From the NCBI GenBank assembly GCA_965222225.1, contig CBDCTK010000002.1, positions 5,376,001 to 5,440,000 on the forward strand: a stretch of DNA of 64,000 nucleotides, given 5' to 3'. Numbering within the stretch: position 1 is the first letter of the stretch; each line of letters begins with the position of its first letter. The stretch is from Candidatus Poribacteria bacterium. Lineage in GTDB: Bacteria; Poribacteria; WGA-4E; JAJDTR01. Shown one piece after another: positions 31,449 to 42,640 of this stretch. The notes under the pieces are model-generated. The model made no database searches. It saw only the letters and a list, made by a program, of their open reading frames with translations, and was not told the origin of the DNA. The position numbers were made by a program, and so were the translations under genes.

Positions 31449-31704
31449 CTCCAGCTCGCGACGAAACCGAGTTTTTTTCTTCAAAACTCGGTTTCTTTCT
31501 TGCAAAATTTCGACAGATGCAATCTACGACTGTCAAATTCCTGATACGACCATGCGGCAGGTAATTTCAATTGACTCCACTCATCACTCGGAAGTATACT
31601 CTCTCGACATCGGTATTTTCCATGCCGTACATACAGAATTCGGATTTAGAAATCCTACCTGGCGTCAACAACCGTTTCACCGAATAATAAGGACAAACTC
31701 CCTT

Positions 31705-32751
31705 ATGCCGAATCTATCAGTACTCATGCGTCAAAAACTCTCATTACTGTTAATCATACTCCTTACCGCGGTTTACGGCTGCGACAACCAGAAAACCAAG
31801 GGTGCGGCGCCGGAGAAAACTCAAGCCAAGAAAGAGAAAATATGGCTATCAATCCTCGGTGGGGCTATAGGCGGTACCTTCTCTCCCTTTGCCGCTGGCG
31901 TAGGTAACGTGGTCTCGAAGGCGGAATCCCACATCAAAATCTCTGTCGAGGCCTCCGCTGGATCCATTGAAAATGTACGTCGGGTCAACGGTAGCCCGGA
32001 ATACCTCGGTGTTGCATTTGCCTCGGACGTTTATCTGGGGTATCATGGACAAGAGGTGTTTGCCAATGAGGGAAGGAAAGAGAACATCCGCGTGGTAACG
32101 CTGCTTTATATTGCGTACAACCAATTTTCCACGCTTGCCAATAGTAATGTGTACCAATTTGAGGATGTCGTCGGGAAAAAAGTCGCGATGGGTGCGGCAG
32201 GTTCCGGCTCGGCGCAAACCTTTGAGCGGCTGGCAGCATTGGCGGGAATCCAAGGCAAATATACGCCTATTTACAAAGGCGGAATGGCGGGAGGCAACGC
32301 ATTGCGAGATGGGCAAGTATCCGGTTTTCAGTGGTTGGTAAGTGCTCCCAACGCGGCGATTCTCGAAGTCTCCACGATTAAATCCATTCGACTCATTGAC
32401 TTTGATGCGCCAGCTAAAAAATACGGCTTTTATGAAAAATACCCGTTCTATCTGTCGGGAACTCTGCCGGGAGGCGTCTACAAAGGAATAAATCAGCCTG
32501 TCAATACACTCCTCATGCCAACGCTACTGATTGCGCATAAAGACACCGACGAGGCGATCATTCACTCGGCGTTAAAGCATGTGTACTCAAAAGAGGGGCA
32601 TGCAACCCTGCGACATACTCACCACGCAGCCAAGGACATGACGGTTGAAAATGCCCCAATGGCATTTGTGATTCCGCTGCACCGCGGCGCATACCGATTC
32701 TGGAATGAGCAGGGGGTCGAGGTTCCTGAAGCCGCCCAACCCATCGATTAG
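31705..32751 (+). CDS. TAXI family TRAP transporter solute-binding lipoprotein
   Basis: Lipobox-like AVYGC, GG.IGGTF, SAGSIENV, GAAGSGS, IPLHRGA.RFW.E.G; start 31705 or 31726. Confidence 0.9.
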   Translation: MPNLSVLMRQKLSLLLIILLTAVYGCDNQKTKGAAPEKTQAKKEKIWLSILGGAIGGTFSPFAAGVGNVVSKAESHIKISVEASAGSIENVRRVNGSPEYLGVAFASDVYLGYHGQEVFANEGRKENIRVVTLLYIAYNQFSTLANSNVYQFEDVVGKKVAMGAAGSGSAQTFERLAALAGIQGKYTPIYKGGMAGGNALRDGQVSGFQWLVSAPNAAILEVSTIKSIRLIDFDAPAKKYGFYEKYPFYLSGTLPGGVYKGINQPVNTLLMPTLLIAHKDTDEAIIHSALKHVYSKEGHATLRHTHHAAKDMTVENAPMAFVIPLHRGAYRFWNEQGVEVPEAAQPID

Positions 32752-33133
32752 AAGCATGTTAACGAATCTCCATCGTACCTAGACACATCAGACCGTCATT
32801 GCGATTTTCGATAGAATAGGACTTACGCAGCTGAACACCCGGTAGGAGCGATCTCCGAATCGCGACCGTGATTCACACCATTGATGCACTGTCATTTTTA
32901 AGAGGTGGTATCACAACTCAAATAGCCAAGGAAGGCTTTTCCACTTAATACTCAAAGAGACTATTAGCATTTTATGGCATTTTCTGTAGGAGTTTGATTC
33001 ATCATAGTTGAGACGTTCCCCACTCTATGATAAGCCGCTAATCCGCGACACTCCGAATGTTCAATATCCTTAGATCTACTTGTCTGCTCTTCCATTCTTC
33101 CATTCTTCCATTCTTCCACATTCTCGCATCTAT

Positions 33134-35611
33134 TCATTTGAGTCGAATTCTTCTGGTTGTAGGTTCCAAGCAGGCCTCATCATTGCACGCTTGATAATGG
33201 AGTTCCAAATCAAGGGGCAAATCATTTTCATGTGAAACATCAGATTTTAGCTGGAGCATCATCGGTATTGTAATCTTTCCTTCGTACACAGACAGCGACT
33301 CCTCGCTGAAATCGAAATGCACAATCTCGCCTTCAGGATAATTCACGGAAACAACCTTTGCAGGTGCGTCGGGATTGAGCGAAACAGAGGTAGGAATAAG
33401 CATATCTTGAGATGCTGGGTTGGCGTTAACGTGCCACCCCTCGGCGATCTCAAGATGAATCTCCACATCAATGAGACGATAAGGAGGACCCTTCCCTAGT
33501 GGTTTGACGGACGCACTAACCTTCACAATTTCAGTTTCAGTGCCGGTAGTTAGAGGGGAAACGAGTGAAGGGATCAGCTGTTGTCGATTGAGAAGCGCCG
33601 AGACGGGTGATGAAGTTCTCTGTAACTCCGTCCAATCCTCTGCGAGATAACAGTTCGTTGCGAGGAGCATGTGCATAAACCCGCCAGAAGATTTCGACAT
33701 CATTCCCGCAAAGGTTTGCAGGGTTCTTTCTGCTAACTTAAGGTAGTTTCTTTCACCGGTTAACGCCGCGAGTGTCAAGAGGTTATTCGCGGCGACCGCG
33801 TTTCCCGACGGAATCGCTGAATCATACGGCTTTTTTGTGCGAACGAGCAGATGTTCCGCCCCCTCCAGCGTAAAATAAAACGCTCCATCTTTCTCATCCC
33901 GGAATAGCTCGACCATTGTATCAGTCAGAGCACGTGCCTCATTAAGCCAGTGCTTATCTCTTGTTGCCTGATACAGTCCGAGCAATCCTCGAACGAGGAA
34001 GGCGTAGTCATCAAGATATCCATCGTATTTGAGGACACCATCCCGATAAGTATGCATCAGTCCCCCGTTGGAGTTTTTCATATCTTCAAGAATGAACGTC
34101 GCCCCTTGCTCGGCGGCCTCACGATAGCGGACGTCCTTGAGCACTTCGTACCCGAGAGCAAATGCATCAATCATTAATCCATTCCAGTTCACAATTACCT
34201 TTGTATCGAGCAGCGGGCGCTCCCGTTTCTCTCTCGCGTTTAGCAGTTTCGCCTTGAGTGGTTCAAGCTGCATAAGCAATTTTTCTTCGGATTTCCCTTC
34301 TGCTTTTGCCACATTTGCAATCGGAGTAGGCAGATATAGGATATTCTTGCCTTCGAAGTTCGGTCCTTCCGTCACACCATAGACCTTCATCAACCGTTTC
34401 GACTCCCGCCGTCCAAGAACATCCCGAATCTCCTCTTCTGTCCAGACGTAGTATTTCCCCTCCTCCGCATCGGTTTCGGCATCAATCGCGGAATAAAAAC
34501 CGCCCTCGGGTGACGTCATCTCTCGGAACACAAATTCAAAAATTTCTTCGGCTACACGTCGATACAGTCGCTTCTGAGTCCGTTGATAGGCTTGTAGATA
34601 GACCTTAGCCAATTGCGCGTTGTCGTACAGCATCTTCTCAAAGTGTGGCACAAGCCACTTTGCATCGACTGAATACCGATGAAACCCGCCGCCAATCTGA
34701 TCGTACATCCCGCCGTACGCCATCATATCAAGCGTGTGAGTAATCATCTTGAGCAGCCGCTCATCTTCTGTGCGGTCATATTCGCTAAGTAGAAGTTCAA
34801 GATTCGTCGGCGATGGAAATTTTGGCGCATCGCCAAAACCGCCGTAGGCGGGAATGTAGCTTGACCGTAAGAATTCGATTGCGGATGAAATCAGTTTTCT
34901 CTCCAGAGCTGATTCATCCGTGTCGCCAAGACCTCCGCCTGTCGCCTGCCTGATCACCTCCGTAATCTTCAACCCGTGCTCAACGACCTCATCTCTCCGA
35001 TTCACCCAGTAATCGTGGAGAGTTTTTAGCACACGCGGAAAACCCGGACGGTTATGACTATCCACGGGCGGAAAGTAAGTTCCCGCGTAGAAGGGATGCA
35101 GATCCGGCGTAAGAAACACGGAATTGGGCCAACCCCCTGACCTCGTCATAATCTGAGTTGCCGTCATGTAGATTTCGTCAAGATCGGGGCGTTCCTCCCG
35201 ATCCACCTTGATGCTGATAAACATCTCGTTCATCATTCCCGCAATGTCGGGATCCGCGAATACTTTCCGCTCCATGACATGACACCAGTAGCAGGTTGAA
35301 TACCCGACCGAGAGAAAAATCGCTTTATCTTCCGCTTTTGCGCGTTCCAGTGCCTCCGGTCCCCACGGATACCAATCCACCGGGTTGTGCGCATGAAGCA
35401 GAAGATACGGGCTCGTCTCATTGATGAGTTTATTCGTCCATTTCCATGTACCGTCTGGATTTTTTAATGCCTGTTCCCCATGCTCATCCGTGGAAGCATG
35501 CACAAATCCGCCCAACCAGACGACAAAGTGACAAACGACGAACCATAAAGCCAATTGTGAAACGGTACGCGAAAAGCGGCAATCATGCGCCCAAATGTTC
35601 TTTTCCTTCAT
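33134..35611 (-). CDS. thioredoxin-domain protein (YyaL/SPATA20, DUF255) with C-terminal DsbD-N-like domain
   Basis: [51 protein letters not shown]; tail GWHVNANP...YQACND..C. Confidence 0.93.
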   Translation of the reverse strand: MKEKNIWAHDCRFSRTVSQLALWFVVCHFVVWLGGFVHASTDEHGEQALKNPDGTWKWTNKLINETSPYLLLHAHNPVDWYPWGPEALERAKAEDKAIFLSVGYSTCYWCHVMERKVFADPDIAGMMNEMFISIKVDREERPDLDEIYMTATQIMTRSGGWPNSVFLTPDLHPFYAGTYFPPVDSHNRPGFPRVLKTLHDYWVNRRDEVVEHGLKITEVIRQATGGGLGDTDESALERKLISSAIEFLRSSYIPAYGGFGDAPKFPSPTNLELLLSEYDRTEDERLLKMITHTLDMMAYGGMYDQIGGGFHRYSVDAKWLVPHFEKMLYDNAQLAKVYLQAYQRTQKRLYRRVAEEIFEFVFREMTSPEGGFYSAIDAETDAEEGKYYVWTEEEIRDVLGRRESKRLMKVYGVTEGPNFEGKNILYLPTPIANVAKAEGKSEEKLLMQLEPLKAKLLNAREKRERPLLDTKVIVNWNGLMIDAFALGYEVLKDVRYREAAEQGATFILEDMKNSNGGLMHTYRDGVLKYDGYLDDYAFLVRGLLGLYQATRDKHWLNEARALTDTMVELFRDEKDGAFYFTLEGAEHLLVRTKKPYDSAIPSGNAVAANNLLTLAALTGERNYLKLAERTLQTFAGMMSKSSGGFMHMLLATNCYLAEDWTELQRTSSPVSALLNRQQLIPSLVSPLTTGTETEIVKVSASVKPLGKGPPYRLIDVEIHLEIAEGWHVNANPASQDMLIPTSVSLNPDAPAKVVSVNYPEGEIVHFDFSEESLSVYEGKITIPMMLQLKSDVSHENDLPLDLELHYQACNDEACLEPTTRRIRLK

Positions 35612-35973
35612 CTTTCCCCTGTAAGGTGCGAGCGACGATCGTCAAATCGTCGATTTCCTCTCCTATCTGTCAGACTGCGTCTGATTCTCTAAATTTCGAA
35701 CAGCTTTTGCCAGTCTTTCGTGTGCATCAGCGAGCCTCTCATGTGCCCGCATGGCGCGCCACACAACCGTAGTATAAAAGATTGACACCGATATCCCAAT
35801 CAGAAACATGAATAAAAATACTGCCAAACCGTCCATCATCAGCTTCTTTCTCGGTTCTACCTATACTTAGGACATCATCATAGTTACCCATTTCAGATTT
35901 CAGTTTGCGTTAGTACGAAATTGTGTGGTTCCCAGTAGGGTGCGCACTGCGCACCAGCCTTTTTCTAAATTAT

Positions 35974-37179
35974 TTACTCATGTTTCATCTTCTGGAAATG
36001 GCTGAGGCGGGACTCTTCCCGCCTCAGCCATTTCTCGACACGGTTTTCATCCGGTATGACGTTGAACAGGTTATTCGCGCCAATCTTGATTCTGCCGTAG
36101 TCGCCTAATCCGTAACTAATCTGAACGTCAGTGAGATACTTCGGCGTGAAGGTTTGGCTCTTGCCGCCGTCAATAACGGTGTATTCCCCGTATCGATGCA
36201 CTGCGTAATCCACGGTGAGAGCGTTGCCTGTATATCTGGTTGCCATCGAAATTCGGTCTTTCGGTTGCCATGTTTCTACTATGGAGCGGTCTTGCTCGGT
36301 AAATAGCGACTCGGGAAGATTCGCGGGAAGATTCACGTACGTAATCTCCGTTTCCGTGTAGTTTGCAGCGAAGCTAAACGCAAGTGACGCTTGCTCTAAC
36401 ACGGGATAGGTATACGACGCGACAAAATCTATTCCCCGCGTTTGGGTGTCTGCCGCATTCATGAAGAATTGTGCGCCCGCAACTCCTGAATCTGCGAGAC
36501 TCTCTCGAATTTCTGTTGGTTGGCTGCCTGTCTCGATATTCGAATGCACCATGAATCGTCCCATCTTCGCCGAACTTGAACCCTTTGTGGGCATTCAACG
36601 AGAAGGTTTCACCATCTCCCTCGTAAGTCGAGCCGTAAGAGTAGCCAAACGCACCTTCGTAGTCGTCCTTGAGCACGAGGTCGATAACCCCTGCGAGCGC
36701 ATCCGAACCGTACTGCGCCGAGGCCCCATCGCGCAAAATCTCAATTCGTTTAATCGCGCTCGCCGGAATCGCGTTCATGTCTACGCCCGCCGTGCCTTGA
36801 CCAACCGAAGTATTGACGTGAATCAACGCACTCCCGTGCCGCCGCTTCCCGTTGACGAGTACAAGCACCTGATCGGGTCCCAAGCCCCTAAGCGTCGCGG
36901 GCGCAGCGCATCCGTTCCGTCGCTAATTGAGGAACTCGAAAAGTTAAACGACGGCGCCAATGTCTGCAGCACTCGCCCGACTTCGGTATGTCCCGTTTTT
37001 CGGATTTCGTCCTCGTTGATGACGTCAACCGGTACTGGCGAATCAAGCCGACTCCGCTCGGGCACGCGCGTACCAATGGTGATAATCTCTTCAAGTTCGA
37101 TAGGGGCTTCCTCTTCTTCCTGTGCGGCGAGTGAAGAAGAAAACAGTACAATAACTGAAAGAACTACAAGAATCTTCAA
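35974..37179 (-). pseudogene. TonB-dependent receptor remnant
   Basis: Signal peptide, EEIITIGTR, SPVPVDVI, LVLVNGKRRH, RIEILRDGASAQYGSDA, GANNLFN spread over three frames with a large internal deletion. Confidence 0.85.
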
Positions 37180-37881
37180 CGCGGCTAATCCTCATTTGAT
37201 GTTGAATAATTAAAAACTTGAGCAGAATCGCCGCTCTACTCGGCAAGTTACTTCTCCCCGGACGACGCCAAGTGATGATGCAAGTAGTAACGACCCGGTG
37301 ATTCCAATCGCGATCGTCAGGCCTCCCTTAAGTGGCAGCGGGGCGAAACTTCTGCGGGACAACAGGTTCACGGTGGCACCTCCGTAGTCGGTAGGTCGGC
37401 AAGAGCGCGATGGAGAAGGAATTCGGTTAGTCTAACAATGCATTCTACTACAACCAGTAGTCGAAATCAAGCAGATATCAGTGGAAACCCAGTGCAATCA
37501 CACCTGATTCTAGCAATCTTTAATTATCAAATCGTCGATTTCTCCTATTCTCGTTCAATCGTTGCTCCCATCCTGAACTTTAGGATTCACACACCTGAGA
37601 CTGTAGGGAACGCAGATCTGCGTTCCTTGTCTGCTTTTCTGTTACCGCCCGTACTCGCATTATCGTTTCAGATAGGAGAGAAACCTTAGTCTTATTGTTT
37701 TTATTGACGCGACTCTCTACATGGATTAGGATTGAAGTAGGAAGATCAATTAATCTACCCACGCTCAGGGATGGGTTCTCGAAAGACTCGATTTTTCTGC
37801 AATAGTTGCCAACTCGGCGTAAATGTTAGGCGTTGTTAAAGTCCCAATCGCGTCAACGTCACCAACTAAGGCGAAACGCGT

Positions 37882-40800
37882 ATGAATCAAACCCCTCTAT
37901 CGCAATTCCATCCACTCGTCGCGAAATGGTTTACAAACACGATTGGTGTGCCGACAGATGCCCAAATGCAGGCATGGCCCAAAATTGCCGACGGCGAACA
38001 TGTCCTGATTACCGCGCCGACCGGTAGCGGCAAGACCCTGACAGCCTTTCTCTGGGCAATCAATCAACTGGTCACGGAGGAATTGCCCATCGGACACACC
38101 AGCGTCCTCTATGTCTCACCCCTGAAAGCGCTCAACAACGACATCCGCAGAAACCTTCTTGAGCCGCTGCGGGGATTGAGGCAGGTCTTCGAAGATGCGG
38201 GGCACCCCCTTCCCAATATCCGGGTTTTGACCCGTAGTGGAGACACGCCGCATTCCGATCGGCGTCAGATGCAGCGCCACCCGCCCGAAATTCTCATCAC
38301 CACCCCGGAGAGCCTGAATCTTCTCCTGAGTTCCGGTGGTGGAAGACCCATCCTGACAAAGATCTCTACCGTAATTCTCGACGAGATTCACGCCGTTTTC
38401 GGTACAAAGCGCGGGACGCATCTGATCACTGCCGTAGACCGTCTCGTACGGCTCTCTGGTGAATTTCAGCGAATCGCACTGTCCGCTACGATTCGACCTA
38501 TGGAAACGGTTGCCGAGTTTGTTGGCGGATACACGGCAGATGGTAACCCGCATAGTCCGACATATACGCCGAGATCTGTGACGGCAATTTCTTCCAAAGC
38601 CGATAAGCAGTACGAGGTGCAGGTCCGATATCCGGGTGAAGCCGCCGAAGATCCGGGACGCGAATCGTTCTGGGATCCGCTCGTTGAAGACTTCAAGAAA
38701 ATCATCAACCAGCATCGGTCAACCCTGCTGTTCGCTAATAGCAGAAGGCTCTGTGAGCGGCTGACACTGATGATGAACGCGGAAGAGGAGGGGCAGATTG
38801 CCTATGCGCATCACGGATCCTTGTCGCGCGAGATTCGCGAATCGGTTGAAGCCAAACTCAAAGCTGGCGAATTGAAAGCCATCGTTGCAACCAGCTCGCT
38901 GGAAATGGGCATTGACATCGGCTCACTGGATGAAGTCGTCCTTATCCAATCACCGTTCTCGATATCGTCGGCGATTCAGCGAATCGGTCGTGCCGGACAC
39001 CAAGTCGGCGAAGTAAGCCGTGCGACGGTTTTTCCAACGCACTCGCGCGATTTCCTTGATGCCGCCGTTCTCGCGGAAGCCATCGGAGGACAAGCAATCG
39101 AGGCTATCAAACCTGTCAAGTGTCCCCTTGATGTTCTGTCCCAGATAATCGTCTCAATGGTGGCGATGCAGACGTGGGACATTGATGAACTCTACGCCCA
39201 CCTGAGGACGAGCTATCCCTATCGTCACTTGGGACGTGAACAGTTTGGCCAAGTGTTGAATATGTTGGCGGGTCGTTACGCAGACAGCCGTATCCGCGAA
39301 CTCAAACCGCGTGTTTCGATTGACCGGCTCGATAACACCGTGTCCGCTAGGAAAGGCGCTGTACAGGCAGTCTACATGTTCGGTGGCACCATACCCGATC
39401 GCGGCTATTTCCACATGCGTCACGCCGAAACCAATGCCCGAATCGGTGAGCTTGACGAGGAGTTTGTTTGGGAGAATGGCGAAGGGAGTGTCTTCACCCT
39501 CGGCACGCAGACTTGGAGAGTCGAGCGCGTGACCCATAGCGATGTTTTCGTTCTGCCAAACCGATCTGCTCAGAAGGACACCCCGTTCTGGCGTGCGGAA
39601 GATCACGGTAGGGATTTCCACTTCTCCGAACGTATCGGCCTCTTTCTTGAAGAGGCAAACACACGGCTCGACAATCCCGAGTATCTTGACGACTTGCAGC
39701 GCCTAAACTGCATGGATGCGACCGCCGCGGCGCAACTGGTAGAATTCCTCCAAAGACAGAAGGATGCCACGGATTGCGACCTCCCGCATCGACACCACCT
39801 ACTCGTCGAAATCGTTCAAACCGGTCATGAAGGTGTGCCGGGAAATCAGGTCGTCATTCATACCTTCTGGGGCGCCAAAGTCAATCGTCCGTATGGTGTG
39901 GCGCTCACGTCGGCATGGGCGGACAGGTTTGGATATCAACTCGAAGTTCACGCAACCGATGATAGCGTTGTCCTGATGCTCCCTGACGAGCTGCCCCCTG
40001 CCGAACTCCTCTCCCTCGTGACGAGTGCTACGCTCCAACCTCTGCTTCGCAGACAACTTGAAGGCTCGGGTTTCTTCTGCGCAAGATTTAGAGAGTGTGC
40101 CGGAACGTCGTTGCTCTTGACATCCGGCGGCAAGATGAACCAACGCATGCCGCTCTGGTTGAGCCGACTTCGGTCACAGAAACTGATGACCGCCGTGATG
40201 CAGTACGAGGATTTCCCAATCCTTCTTGAGACGTGGCGTACCTGCCTTCAAGACGAGTTCGATCTGGATAGCCTCCAGCAAGTGCTCGCCGAGCTTGAAT
40301 CCGGATCTATTCGCTGGACAGCCGTACACACCGCCTACGCCAGCCCGATGGCGCAAAACGCCTCGTGGCGGCAAATAAACGAGTACATGTACATGGGCGA
40401 CTATTCCGCGGCGACCACTGCCTCGATGCTCCGAAATGACCTCTTGCGCGATGTCGTGTTTACGCCGGGGTTGCGTCCAACCGTTTCCCAAACCCTCGTC
40501 CGCCAGTTTGAACAGAAACGCCAACGACTCAGCCCGGGATATTCCCCCCAGACTGCGGTCGATCTAATCAATTGGGTAAAAGAACGGTTGCTCATCCCCG
40601 CGCCGGAATGGGAGGCGCTTCTTGGCGCCATTCGTAACGATCACCACCTCGAACCGGACGAGATTCTCTCGCCTATAGCCGACAAGATTGTGCGAATAAA
40701 GCCGCCGGACGCCTCTGATTCACTGATTGTTGCTCTAGAAATGATGCCCCGAATCCGTGCTCTCTACGACGATATAGAAACGCTCGAATATGAATCGCTG

Positions 40801-42417
40801 GGTAATCCTAAAGCCCTGCTCCGCCTCAAGTCTCAAGATGAGCACGCCGATTCCTCGGTGGTTGACGATGCCCAAGAGTTATCCTCGCTCATCGGTGAAT
40901 CGTTGCAGTTTTATGGTCCCACGACGTCCGAGTACATGCAAAAAACCCTTGGCATTGGGGAGGATCAACTTAGTTTGGCGCTGGACGACCTCGTAGATTC
41001 GCAGAAAATCATCATCGGTCAACTTGTGGAGGATGCCGTCGGCGAAACCCTTTGTGACGGCGAAAACTTTGAAATACTCTTGCGCCTCACACGGCGGGAT
41101 GCGACGCCGAGCTTTGAACCGCTGGAAATTGAGTGGCTGGAGGTGTTCCTTGCCACCTTCCAGAAGTTGACAACCCCTGCAGACGATCTTGACGGTCTAC
41201 TGGGTACCATTGAGCAGTTGGCTTGCTATCCCGCAACGGCAGGATTGTGGGAATCGGAAATTCTGCCTGCCAGATCTCGCGCTTATAACACGTCGTGGCT
41301 CGATTCCGCCATGATGGAAGGCAGCCTCAGGTGGATAGGCGGCGAAAATCGCCGCGTGACGTTCTACTTTGAAGAGGATTTCGACCTGATGCAGGAGGAA
41401 ATCGCTGAAAACGTGTCGCACCAAATTGAATCTAATCGCGAGATTGACGTTGGGGCACACCACGTTCAAACGCGCAAAGATAGTGGTCTCGACAGTCTCT
41501 TTCCGGACGAAACAGGACGGTACGATTTCTCCGCTCTGCTCCGAACGTCAGGCATGAATGCTGCGCGATTAACGGATCGCCTCTGGGAATTTGTCTGGGA
41601 TGGACACGTGGCAAACGACACCTTCTTGGCGCTCCGAAGAGGGGTACTGAGCAAATTCAAGCCGCCAGAAATTGGCGTAGACAAAGGGCGTGCAAGAGGT
41701 CGCCGAATCAGCCACCGAGCTGAATTTGCCAGATGGAAAGGTTCAAGCTCCTATGTCGGCAACTGGTATCGGCTGTCGCAAATTGACCTCTCAGATGACA
41801 TCGTTGAATCCGAGGAACGCAAAAAAGACCGCGCAAGGTTGCTGCTTGACCGATACGGGATTCTGTTTCGCGAGTTGCTTCAGAGAGAGTTGCCTGCGTT
41901 CCGCTGGTCGAACATTTTTCGCTCTTTGCGAATCATGGAGTTATCTGGAGAGGTATTGGCGGGCTACTTCTTTCACGGCATACCCGGCCCCCAGTTCATC
42001 TCGCATCAGGCGTTTCGAATGTTGAGCCGCCAACTTCCCGACGACAAAGTTTACTGGATAAATGCCGCCGATCCGGTTTCAATGTGCGGCGTCCAGCTTG
42101 ACGCCGTCAAAGGAACGATGCCCAAACGTATTCCCGGCACACACCTCGTCTATCGGGGACGCCGGATTGTCATGATATCCAAGCGGAATGGCAAGGCGCT
42201 GAAATTCAATGTGCCATGCGACGACCCCCAAATGCAAGAGTACCTCGGCGTCCTGCATCACCTTCTCAAGCGAGAATTTCAACCAATCCACCGCATCACC
42301 ATTGAAACCATCAACGGCGAAGACGCCGCGCGCAGCCCATACGCCGACCCGCTCCGCACCGCCTTCGAGGTAACGGTCGATTATAAGCATCTGATTCTCT
42401 ACCGCAAATTGATTTAG
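37882..42417 (+). CDS. lhr: Lhr-family ATP-dependent DEAH-box helicase
   Basis: APTGSGKT, YVSPLKAL, ITTPESL, DEIH, LSAT, HHGSLS, ATSSLEMGIDIG, QRIGRAGH; C-terminal LL.RYG...RE. Confidence 0.93.
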   Translation: MNQTPLSQFHPLVAKWFTNTIGVPTDAQMQAWPKIADGEHVLITAPTGSGKTLTAFLWAINQLVTEELPIGHTSVLYVSPLKALNNDIRRNLLEPLRGLRQVFEDAGHPLPNIRVLTRSGDTPHSDRRQMQRHPPEILITTPESLNLLLSSGGGRPILTKISTVILDEIHAVFGTKRGTHLITAVDRLVRLSGEFQRIALSATIRPMETVAEFVGGYTADGNPHSPTYTPRSVTAISSKADKQYEVQVRYPGEAAEDPGRESFWDPLVEDFKKIINQHRSTLLFANSRRLCERLTLMMNAEEEGQIAYAHHGSLSREIRESVEAKLKAGELKAIVATSSLEMGIDIGSLDEVVLIQSPFSISSAIQRIGRAGHQVGEVSRATVFPTHSRDFLDAAVLAEAIGGQAIEAIKPVKCPLDVLSQIIVSMVAMQTWDIDELYAHLRTSYPYRHLGREQFGQVLNMLAGRYADSRIRELKPRVSIDRLDNTVSARKGAVQAVYMFGGTIPDRGYFHMRHAETNARIGELDEEFVWENGEGSVFTLGTQTWRVERVTHSDVFVLPNRSAQKDTPFWRAEDHGRDFHFSERIGLFLEEANTRLDNPEYLDDLQRLNCMDATAAAQLVEFLQRQKDATDCDLPHRHHLLVEIVQTGHEGVPGNQVVIHTFWGAKVNRPYGVALTSAWADRFGYQLEVHATDDSVVLMLPDELPPAELLSLVTSATLQPLLRRQLEGSGFFCARFRECAGTSLLLTSGGKMNQRMPLWLSRLRSQKLMTAVMQYEDFPILLETWRTCLQDEFDLDSLQQVLAELESGSIRWTAVHTAYASPMAQNASWRQINEYMYMGDYSAATTASMLRNDLLRDVVFTPGLRPTVSQTLVRQFEQKRQRLSPGYSPQTAVDLINWVKERLLIPAPEWEALLGAIRNDHHLEPDEILSPIADKIVRIKPPDASDSLIVALEMMPRIRALYDDIETLEYESLGNPKALLRLKSQDEHADSSVVDDAQELSSLIGESLQFYGPTTSEYMQKTLGIGEDQLSLALDDLVDSQKIIIGQLVEDAVGETLCDGENFEILLRLTRRDATPSFEPLEIEWLEVFLATFQKLTTPADDLDGLLGTIEQLACYPATAGLWESEILPARSRAYNTSWLDSAMMEGSLRWIGGENRRVTFYFEEDFDLMQEEIAENVSHQIESNREIDVGAHHVQTRKDSGLDSLFPDETGRYDFSALLRTSGMNAARLTDRLWEFVWDGHVANDTFLALRRGVLSKFKPPEIGVDKGRARGRRISHRAEFARWKGSSSYVGNWYRLSQIDLSDDIVESEERKKDRARLLLDRYGILFRELLQRELPAFRWSNIFRSLRIMELSGEVLAGYFFHGIPGPQFISHQAFRMLSRQLPDDKVYWINAADPVSMCGVQLDAVKGTMPKRIPGTHLVYRGRRIVMISKRNGKALKFNVPCDDPQMQEYLGVLHHLLKREFQPIHRITIETINGEDAARSPYADPLRTAFEVTVDYKHLILYRKLI

Positions 42418-42640
42418 TTACGGCCTTTTGTAGGGTGCGCACTGCGCACCAGCCTTTTTTCTTGAAACCTCGGTTTCTGCCTTAATCACACAGATGAGAG
42501 ACGAATATGCACTCCGTTTGACACACAGGTTGGAAGGGAATCCCCAAGTCTTCCACTCTTCCCACCTTCCAAGTTTCCTATTCTCTTGAATGACTTTTCT
42601 GCGTATCTGAGCACTTCCTTTCACGACGGAGGATTACACT

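Noticed and set aside
31429-31704. N-terminal extensions in the ORF track (31429, 7552, 51231, 56665, 54998)
   Set aside because: They run through repeats or intergenic DNA; downstream ATGs with RBS or signal peptides fit better
37215-37440. Possible riboswitch upstream of the TonB-dependent receptor remnant
   Set aside because: GC-rich leader, but I could not find cobalamin, TPP or other aptamer consensus motifs by eye
37882-42417. Lhr helicase as a defence system or as the enzyme mobilising the units
   Set aside because: Ordinary full-length Lhr architecture, no partner genes and no flanking units linking it to the repeats
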